In this document: positions 28,166-35,296 of the stretch, in pieces
Layout of the letters: every line of letters starts with the position of its first letter
How positions within the stretch are numbered: position 1 is the stretch's first letter
Assembly: GCA_023268595.1 (NCBI GenBank)
Contig: JALQUD010000003.1
Location: 1-42,683, forward strand
DNA length: 42,683 nt
Reading direction: 5' to 3'
Origin: Candidatus Saccharimonadia bacterium
GTDB lineage: Bacteria > Patescibacteriota > Saccharimonadia > Saccharimonadales > UBA4665
Notes under the pieces: generated by a model
Database searches by the model: none
Told to the model about the DNA's origin: nothing
The model's input: the letters and a program-made list of their open reading frames with translations, nothing else
Program-made: the position numbers and the translations under genes

Positions 28166-29488
28166 CTAGCGGGCGCGTAGCACGATAAGGTGTTCGATGT
28201 GCGGCGTGCGTGGGAAGAAGTTATACCCACGATGAAACTCGATGTCGTATCCGGCTGCCAGCAGCTCGGCGTCACGGGCCTGGGTGACCGGATTGCAGCT
28301 TAAATAAATGATGCGCTCCGGCCGTGCTTCAAGCAGGCGTTCCGTCACCGAATGATGCAGTCCGGCCCGTGGAGGGTCGACGATGACCGTGGCATCGCCC
28401 GATATCTGTTCCAACGCCTGCTCCGCAGCCGCTAAAACCGGCTTGATCACAGCCGTACTCGTGTCAGCGATCAACGCGGCGTTACGTTCCATCTCGCGGT
28501 AAGCATGCTCGTCGATTTCCACCAATGTCAGCTGCCGGCTGCCATCACCGGCCGTGCCGATGGACAGGCCGATGCTGCCGACGCCGCTGTACATATCTAT
28601 CAGCGGCTGATCGTCGGCGATCCAGCGCTGCATGTCGCGCAATGCTTCCTCATATACCGGCAGGTTCACCTGGAAGAAACCTTCGGTAGCATACCTGAAC
28701 TGCACGCCCAGGATGTTATCGGCCAACACGATGTCGCCAAAAGCCGTCAGACGCTCAGTGATGCGGGATGCCGGGCTGCGTGGGTCGGAATATATTATCT
28801 CTCCACCCTGGGCCGGTAAGGCGGCAGCCTCGGCCGGACTGATGACGTCAGGCAGCTTGTCCTTGACATACAGCTGCCAGACGCACGACCCGTCACGGTC
28901 ACAGCGTATAAGCAACGCCTTGAGCGAGCGGGCCTCGACCGGCTTGCTGCGCAGCAGATCCCGCACCGCCACTGCCAGACGGTTGATTTCGGGCCGGGCC
29001 AGGCTGGTGCCATCGACAGGAACCTTGCCATGAGTGCCACGTCTGAAGAACGCCAGGTCGAGCCGGTTTTCATCAGTGTCCCACCACCAGCTGAATTCCA
29101 CTTTATTGCGATAAGCCGTCTGGTTGCTGTCACTATACACCTCTACCACACCGGGCAGGGCGGTATGATGGAGCGCGAAGGCTTCTTGGATGAGCTGGCC
29201 TTTGGCCTGTTGCTCGTCGGCAAAACCCATGATCTGCCACGGACTGGTCGACAAGAAACTTTGCGGGTCGAGCGGCTCCTGCCGGCCACTGCTGGCTTCA
29301 AGCACTTCGGTGACCACGCCTTCGGCCATGGAAGACTTGTTCTTGGTCAGCTGGACCTGGACCGTCTCACCGGGCAAGCCACCCCATACGAAGACCCGCT
29401 TGCCATCAGGCAGGCTGCCGATAGTCTGGCCGCCACCGACGATGCGTTCCAACCTGACTTGGTGCGAGGGAAGTGGTTTTCGTTTCAC
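28166..29488 (-). CDS. rlmD: TRAM-domain RNA m5U methyltransferase (RlmD/TrmA family)
   Basis: VFVWGGLPGE TRAM, YRNKVEF, FFQVN, DMYSGVG, VDPPRAG, YLSCNP, FPRTPHIE; GTG start at 29488 with TATACT 6 nt upstream. Confidence 0.88.
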   Translation of the reverse strand: MKRKPLPSHQVRLERIVGGGQTIGSLPDGKRVFVWGGLPGETVQVQLTKNKSSMAEGVVTEVLEASSGRQEPLDPQSFLSTSPWQIMGFADEQQAKGQLIQEAFALHHTALPGVVEVYSDSNQTAYRNKVEFSWWWDTDENRLDLAFFRRGTHGKVPVDGTSLARPEINRLAVAVRDLLRSKPVEARSLKALLIRCDRDGSCVWQLYVKDKLPDVISPAEAAALPAQGGEIIYSDPRSPASRITERLTAFGDIVLADNILGVQFRYATEGFFQVNLPVYEEALRDMQRWIADDQPLIDMYSGVGSIGLSIGTAGDGSRQLTLVEIDEHAYREMERNAALIADTSTAVIKPVLAAAEQALEQISGDATVIVDPPRAGLHHSVTERLLEARPERIIYLSCNPVTQARDAELLAAGYDIEFHRGYNFFPRTPHIEHLIVLRAR

Positions 29489-29549
29489 GCCAGCAGTATA
29501 GCAGAGCCGGGTCATAGAACCATAGTAATTAGTACCACGCACGATCGTC

Positions 29550-29577
29550 TGGACAAGACCGTCAGGCGGCCTATAAT
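29550..29577 (+). promoter_or_regulatory. sigma70-type promoter of leader A
   Basis: TGGACA-16 nt-TATAAT. Confidence 0.65.
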
Positions 29578-29584
29578 AGCAGAT

Positions 29585-29860
29585 AGCCATGTGAGCATGA
29601 GCGTTTTAGGGAGCCGGTGACGGCTACTTCAAGCACCATCGCATGCAGGCTCCATATTTATACAGGTAAGCATACTCCGGTCACTGCGCGCCTCATACAA
29701 GCTCCCACGCTCTAAGCAATCGACATTACAATCTGTCCGGACTCGAACGGTTCCCACAGGTCGCCGAAGCGCTTTCAAACCCCTCAAAGCCGTTCACCGA
29801 CCGCATCCTTACGTTGCATCGGAACTCTTTACGAATCTTATTACCCATACAGGAGCTTGT
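29585..29860 (+). ncRNA. candidate structured cis-regulatory 5' leader RNA, copy A
   Basis: Shares AGCCATGTG, GCCG-NNNA-CGGC, CATGCAGGCT and TTCCCA(A)CAGG with 34786-35027; 13-bp anti-SD helix. Confidence 0.6.
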
Positions 29861-30127
29861 ATGACCGCTATCAACCAGAATGTTACTATCAACGCTTTCT
29901 TTTTCAAGGACACCCCACAGGAGCGAATCGAGGCCTTCCCGCGCCAGATGGAATACGGTAACCGCCAATACACGTTCCAGGATGGTCTGCACCGCCTGGT
30001 CCGGCGCGGCCAACGCATCTTCGAGCTATTCGATATGACCGATGGGCAAACGGTCTTCCGGCTAGCCCGGCACGACGGTATGCCGATGAGTGAATGGCGC
30101 CTGATAGGCACCCGCGCCAGCGCCTGA
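29861..30127 (+). CDS. 88-aa beta-rich protein, homolog of 35028-35294 (DUF6504/ImuB C-terminal-like)
   Basis: SD AGGAG; shares INQxV, P, RxY, GxHxxVRxG and WxL with the second copy. Confidence 0.7.
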   Translation: MTAINQNVTINAFFFKDTPQERIEAFPRQMEYGNRQYTFQDGLHRLVRRGQRIFELFDMTDGQTVFRLARHDGMPMSEWRLIGTRASA

Positions 30128-30142
30128 GGTATAATCGTTAGC

Positions 30143-30724
30143 ATGATCGCCCGCACCCACGATGTCGCCGCTTTTACCGCCCTGATGGCAGTCGTGCTCA
30201 GCCAGCCGCTGCACAGCGTGACGCTGGCGACCGTCGTGGCAGCGGTGCTCGCTAATCAGATCGGTGGTATCGCACCGGACATAGACCAGCCGACGGCGCC
30301 GTTCTGGCGCAACCTGCCGGTAGGCGGCATATTCGGCAGGCTGATCGCCCGCATGATGGGCGGACATCGCTTTATCAGCCACTCGATACTCGGCCTGGCA
30401 CTGTTCGGTTTCGCTGCCCACTGGCTACTGGCCGCGCTCCATCCCATCATCCCCAAAGTCGACATCGGACTGGTCTGGTGGTCGTTTATGATCGGCATGG
30501 TGTCGCACCTGATCATGGACAGCTTCACGAAGGAAGGCGTGCCGTGGCTGTTACCGATCCCTTGGAAGTTCGGGCTACCGCCCGTCCGCCGGCTGCGTAT
30601 CACTACCGGCAAGAATATCGAACGTTTCGTAGTCCTGCCGGTGCTTGTAGGGTTGGCAATCTGGTTATTCGCCCAAAGTTACACAGAAATCAGTACGTTT
30701 ACCAACCAATATATCAAGCGCTAA
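30143..30724 (+). CDS. membrane metal-dependent hydrolase (YdjM-like)
   Basis: RTH, PDIDQP, GHRFISHS, SHLIMDSFT.EGVP.L.P; TATAAT 7 nt before ATG. Confidence 0.88.
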   Translation: MIARTHDVAAFTALMAVVLSQPLHSVTLATVVAAVLANQIGGIAPDIDQPTAPFWRNLPVGGIFGRLIARMMGGHRFISHSILGLALFGFAAHWLLAALHPIIPKVDIGLVWWSFMIGMVSHLIMDSFTKEGVPWLLPIPWKFGLPPVRRLRITTGKNIERFVVLPVLVGLAIWLFAQSYTEISTFTNQYIKR

Positions 30725-30766
30725 TATTGATTAATTGTCCTTGTTGTTTTATAATACTTATTAAGT

Positions 30767-31651
30767 ATGCCCGAAATCAAGCGAAAGCGCCGTAACCTTC
30801 GTAAAACAGCCGGCCGGACCCTCCTGGTGGTCTGGGCATTGCTGCTGGTGACTGGCATCGTCTATGCCGAGATCATCCGGCCGAACACGGCTGCCAACGA
30901 TTATTCAAAGCGTCTGAACGCCGAAGCCGGCCGGACAGAGAAGTGCTTCGAAAGCCTGACTAAGACTACCGAACTGGACATCTTCTACGCTCCGGACGTC
31001 AAGCTTGACACCAAGCAAAAGAATATCGCTTCCATCCGCCAGCAGATCAATAGCTGCCGGCAGCAGGTAGCTTCTTTTGAGTCGGTCACCAAAAGCCTGC
31101 CGACGATGCGCTTTGCCGGCTACACGCCGACCTTCAAAGAAGCCAAAGTGACCCAGCGCCAAGCACTCGACGTGGTCGGACAGAGCAACGACGTCATGAA
31201 CCAGTACGACCGCATGGCTGCCTTCCTGAGCAGCTACTACACTACCGTGGACACTTTCTTGAAATACACCGAACAGCTAAGCACGCTCAACACTGGCATC
31301 GTCACCGCTGCTAATGCCAAGGTACTGGAAGACCAGGCGACCGAGCTAGAGACCATGGCCAAAGATATGCGTACCATGGATGCCCCCAACGAATTCAGCG
31401 ACACCAAGACATTGACAGCCGACATGTTCGACAAGGCTGCCACCGGCTTCAAAGATGTACGCTATGGCTACGTCAATTACGCCGATGCCTATACGACTCG
31501 CGGCTTCAACCAGGTAGATGAAGCGCTCAAGTCCTACGACAGTACCATCGTCAACTCTCCGTTCGACAAGCTGACCTCGTCCTACATCCCCAAGCAGGTC
31601 ATGCAGCTGCCAAACAAGATTGACGATCTGCTTGCCGGCGCATCCGAATAG
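30767..31651 (+). CDS. hypothetical membrane-anchored alpha-helical protein
   Basis: Basic N-terminus, one TM, coiled-coil-like body with two Cys. Confidence 0.75.
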   Translation: MPEIKRKRRNLRKTAGRTLLVVWALLLVTGIVYAEIIRPNTAANDYSKRLNAEAGRTEKCFESLTKTTELDIFYAPDVKLDTKQKNIASIRQQINSCRQQVASFESVTKSLPTMRFAGYTPTFKEAKVTQRQALDVVGQSNDVMNQYDRMAAFLSSYYTTVDTFLKYTEQLSTLNTGIVTAANAKVLEDQATELETMAKDMRTMDAPNEFSDTKTLTADMFDKAATGFKDVRYGYVNYADAYTTRGFNQVDEALKSYDSTIVNSPFDKLTSSYIPKQVMQLPNKIDDLLAGASE

Positions 31652-31796
31652 TTCCTGTCGACGCATCAGCTAGTACACGTTATTACACTTGAACAATATG
31701 TAAACTACGGCATACATGCCGGCAGATTAGCGCTTGCACGGCATTGGCTAGGGAGGCATACTTTGCGGTACACCAGCTAGCAACAGGAGAAAGCCG

Positions 31797-32252
31797 ATGC
31801 CACACATCTTCCATGCCTTTGATTACACTATCACCGCTTTCATCGTGCACGACGGTAAAGTACTGTTAGTCAACCACCCACGCTACGACAAATGGATTCC
31901 GGTCGGTGGCCATATCGAACTGGACGAGGACCCGGAAGAAGCTTTGCTCCGCGAGGTCAGGGAAGAGACTGGTCTGGAAGTCACACCACTCGGCAAACGC
32001 CCAGCAGTAGAATCACCTGGTACTAAATTCCTGATCACGCCGGACTATCTTGACGTCCATGAGGCCAACCCGCCGCACCGGCATATATCATTCACGTACT
32101 TCGTCGCCGCGCGTGACGCGAACTTCATGAAGTCCGATGAGCACGATGATATGCGTTGGTTCACACCTGAAGAGTTAGAGCAAGCGCAGTGGAACTTGTC
32201 ACCAGCGGTGCGATTCTATTGCCGGCAGGCGATACGCAAAGCTGCCAATTGA
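31797..32252 (+). CDS. NUDIX hydrolase
   Basis: Nudix box GGHIELDEDPEEALLREVREETGL; SD AGGAG. Confidence 0.93.
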   Translation: MPHIFHAFDYTITAFIVHDGKVLLVNHPRYDKWIPVGGHIELDEDPEEALLREVREETGLEVTPLGKRPAVESPGTKFLITPDYLDVHEANPPHRHISFTYFVAARDANFMKSDEHDDMRWFTPEELEQAQWNLSPAVRFYCRQAIRKAAN

Positions 32253-32256
32253 ACGG

Positions 32257-34602
32257 CTACTCGGTAGCGGTGGCAGGCTTGGCCGTGACTTCGCGCTTGG
32301 CTGCGTTCGATGGGGCAACCATCGAGCCGGTGCGAGCCGTGTTCCAGACCGAGCCGGCGTATGCGCCGCGCAGGGCCCGGAAAGCCGTACGGTACAGCAG
32401 CATGGTACGGATAGGACTGTAGACCAGACGGGTAAACGGAATAGCCAGCAAGTGTGATGGTTTTTCCTTGGCCAGTATCACGGCTATGATCGCCATGGCC
32501 GCCTGGATCGAGACGGTCGCGAAGAAGAACAGTATCAATGAAGTGAAGTTACCGGCCATCAGGTTCTCGATGTTGACCGTGATCAGGATCGGAATGAAGA
32601 AGAGCGGGATGAAGGCGTTGTAGATTGCCAGCGGCATCACGAACATGCCGGTCCAGCCATACTTACGGCGGAAGAACATATCACGGTGCTTCCAGAATGC
32701 CTGGAAGGTGCCGTACATCCAGCGGAAACGCTGCTTGGTCAGTGCTTTGATGGTCTCCGGCGCTTCGGTGTAACTGATGGCATCATTGTCCTGAAGCACC
32801 TTGTAGCCCAGACGATGGACACTCAGCGTCAGGTCGAAGTCCTCGGCCAGGGTGACATGCTTATAGCCACCGGCCGCCAGGATGACGTTCTTGCGCCAGG
32901 CACCGCAAGCACCCGGTACGATCATGACCGAGCCCAGGGCAGCCTGGGCGTTACGCTCGATGTAGATACCGATCATGTAGTCCAGCATCTGCCAGCGTGT
33001 GACGATGTTGTGGATATTGCCAACTTTGACGTTGCCGGCCACGGCGCCGACTTCCGGATCGGCAAAGTGGCGCACCAGGTTACCCATGGTAGTCGCAGGG
33101 AAGACCGTATCAGCATCGATGCCAACGATGATTTCACCCTTGGCGTGCTTGACACCGAAGTTAAGTCCTGACGACTTGCCGCCGTTCGGCTTGGAGAACG
33201 CGAAGACGCGCTTGTAGCGGCGGGCCAGGTCAGCGGCGACTTTTCCAGTGTTATCCTTGGAGCCGTCGTCGACGATGATGATTTCGATGTTGCGGTAATT
33301 AGAACCGAGCACCGACTTGACAGTACCCTCAAGCACCGATTCCTCGTTATAAGCCGAGATTATGACGCTGACCAATGGCCGGTAGCCCTTAGGAATCTTC
33401 TTGAAGCGGTTCTTGCGCATGTTGTAGATTGCCAGCGCGACGTTGAAGAACATCGTGATGAACAGGGTAAAGACCGTCAGATAGAACAGCTTGCCGACCA
33501 CGGTGTGCGGCCAGACCAGGTAGGCGCTGGCCAGCGCCAGGCTGGTCCGGTCAGCGACGGAGACCGGCTCCTTGGCGACCAACGCCGGTTGCTGTGAGTA
33601 CATCTGGTTCATGGTCACGAAGCTGTAGCCGTTGGCCTTGGCGGCATCGATCAGCCGCTGGGTGTAGGCGATGGTCTTGGTACGGTCGCCACCGGCGTCG
33701 TGTAGCAAGGCTACGATCGGCTGGCCGTCAAAGTTCGGCAATAGCTGCTTGCCGCCGTTGTTGAACATCCAGTCATCGGAGTCGAAGTTGTGGTTGGCAA
33801 TCACGTATCCAAGCTTCTGAGCCGTCAGGATACCGACCAGGTGGTTGCGCATCGACTGCTCATCGTTACCCATGTACGGCAGGCGGAAGAATGATGAGCG
33901 GACACCGGTCGTCGCAGTCAGAACCCGTGACGTCTGGTTGATCTCTTGCTCGGCACGGGTACTGCTCACGAAATCAAAGTCAACGTGGTTGAAAGTGTGG
34001 TTGGCCAGGTCGTGGCCTTCCTGGGCTTGGCGCTTGGCGATTTCCGGATGCTTGGTGATGTTGCTGCCGGTTTCAAAGAAGGTAGCCTGGACGTTGTTCT
34101 TGGCCAGCACATCAAGTATGCGTGGGGTGTACAACGGATCGGGGCCGTCATCATACGTCAGGGCGATAGTCTTGGCTGCGCTTGGCTGGCCGTAGCGCTG
34201 GAGGGCGAATTCGTGGTCGCCGACCATCAGCCGTTCCTTGTCACCGAGCGGCACCGAGCCGGTCTGGGAGTAGACAGGGGTGGCGTAGTAGGTGTTGTCG
34301 GCCATTTGTAAGTGGACGACCCGTACCAGCGGACCTTCACCGATGACCGGCGTGTTGGTACGGCCTACCAAAGCGGCGATTTCTTCCGGAGACAAACCGG
34401 AAGCACCATCCTTGACCTTGGCATCACCCGGTGTGGCGGCTACTTTCAACGGCACGACGTTATCGTCGGCCAGCAGCTTTGGCACGTTGACGTAGAGGAA
34501 TCCGGTGAGAATCGCCAGGAACACCAATACCACGGCGCTGATCTTCTGCCAGCGGCGGCCTTTGTGGTCAAAGAATATCGGTTTCTCGTCGTGCTTTTCC
34601 AT
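32257..34602 (-). CDS. polysaccharide deacetylase (CE4) fused to a GT2 processive glycosyltransferase (IcaA/PgaC-like)
   Basis: TYDDGP, NHTFNH, FRLPY, LLHD; then DDGS, DADT, TLAED, QRFRW and C-terminal TMs. Confidence 0.92.
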   Translation of the reverse strand: MEKHDEKPIFFDHKGRRWQKISAVVLVFLAILTGFLYVNVPKLLADDNVVPLKVAATPGDAKVKDGASGLSPEEIAALVGRTNTPVIGEGPLVRVVHLQMADNTYYATPVYSQTGSVPLGDKERLMVGDHEFALQRYGQPSAAKTIALTYDDGPDPLYTPRILDVLAKNNVQATFFETGSNITKHPEIAKRQAQEGHDLANHTFNHVDFDFVSSTRAEQEINQTSRVLTATTGVRSSFFRLPYMGNDEQSMRNHLVGILTAQKLGYVIANHNFDSDDWMFNNGGKQLLPNFDGQPIVALLHDAGGDRTKTIAYTQRLIDAAKANGYSFVTMNQMYSQQPALVAKEPVSVADRTSLALASAYLVWPHTVVGKLFYLTVFTLFITMFFNVALAIYNMRKNRFKKIPKGYRPLVSVIISAYNEESVLEGTVKSVLGSNYRNIEIIIVDDGSKDNTGKVAADLARRYKRVFAFSKPNGGKSSGLNFGVKHAKGEIIVGIDADTVFPATTMGNLVRHFADPEVGAVAGNVKVGNIHNIVTRWQMLDYMIGIYIERNAQAALGSVMIVPGACGAWRKNVILAAGGYKHVTLAEDFDLTLSVHRLGYKVLQDNDAISYTEAPETIKALTKQRFRWMYGTFQAFWKHRDMFFRRKYGWTGMFVMPLAIYNAFIPLFFIPILITVNIENLMAGNFTSLILFFFATVSIQAAMAIIAVILAKEKPSHLLAIPFTRLVYSPIRTMLLYRTAFRALRGAYAGSVWNTARTGSMVAPSNAAKREVTAKPATATE

Positions 34603-34749
34603 AAGTTCCGTTCGTCGTCGTATCGCACGCCTTGGCGTGTTGCCTCACCTCGTATTTACGAGTATGTACTATACCATGTTTTTTGCTACAACGATAGTCT
34701 ATTGTAGATAAGACTTCACTTGGTGAAGCATTTTCAGGGGACAGCACGC

Positions 34750-34778
34750 TGGTCACGGTCGCAGCTAGACGGTATAAT
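34750..34778 (+). promoter_or_regulatory. sigma70-type promoter of leader B
   Basis: TGGTCA-17 nt-TATAAT. Confidence 0.6.
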
Positions 34779-34785
34779 AAGAACC

Positions 34786-35027
34786 AGCCATGTGTGTGTT
34801 CGCCGGCCGTCCACGGCCACACGCGTTCCTACATGCAGGCTTCACACAAGACTTCGTGGTCCTCCAGCGCAGCGGCGATATACCGCACGGCCGAGCGGGG
34901 CTCACTCACAAACGACTCTATAAGGCAGCGGCCCGGCCTTTCCCAACAGGGACCGATCTCGTCATTATTCAATCATAGTGGCTGTTCCGTCATATTCTTG
35001 CGAACAGTCCAAGGAGTCCCAAAAGTC
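34786..35027 (+). ncRNA. candidate structured cis-regulatory 5' leader RNA, copy B
   Basis: Same TATAAT-N7-AGCCATGTG start and hairpin anchors as 29585-29860. Confidence 0.6.
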
Positions 35028-35294
35028 ATGCGTGAAGTCATTAACCAGGAAGTATCTGTCGTCTCATATTTCAGCGCCCGCAAGCGCCTCAGCCTGCCCC
35101 ACGTGGTCAGCTGGCAGGGCAGGGAGTATGGCGTCGGCAAGATCGGCTTCCACCACACCGTCCGTAACGGTGACACCTTGCACCACATCTATGAGCTGGT
35201 CGACAGCGACGAACAGTTGTGGATGCGCATCAATCTGGATACCAGCACCTTGCACTGGACGTTGGAAGCCATCAGCGACGGGATGGCGGACTAG
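35028..35294 (+). CDS. 88-aa putative Y-polymerase accessory protein (DUF6504/ImuB C-terminal-like)
   Basis: SD AAGGAG at 35011; P..VSWQGREY.V...W.LE.ISD pattern; stop 2 nt before the polymerase ATG. Confidence 0.75.
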   Translation: MREVINQEVSVVSYFSARKRLSLPHVVSWQGREYGVGKIGFHHTVRNGDTLHHIYELVDSDEQLWMRINLDTSTLHWTLEAISDGMAD

Positions 35295-35296
35295 TC

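Noticed and set aside
25525..29590. Longer ORF-track starts (26565, 29590; likewise 12179, 14345, 35219, 40211)
   Set aside because: Extensions overlap neighbouring genes or promoters; internal starts have SD or -10 support or avoid the overlap.
29822..29836. GAAC-N7-GAAT, similar to direct-repeat LexA boxes
   Set aside because: Single imperfect match about 250 nt downstream of the promoter and not preserved in leader B; cannot be supported without the organism's LexA motif.
34790..34978. Met-Cys start beside a Y polymerase suggesting an SRAP/YedK protein
   Set aside because: Only 62 aa, no MCGR motif or other SRAP features; the equivalent position in copy A is ATG-TGA.
34794..35294. 166-aa ORF-track version of the small polymerase partner
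   Set aside because: The extension runs through leader B and has no counterpart in copy A; the SD at 35011 and homology to the 88-aa paralog support ATG 35028.
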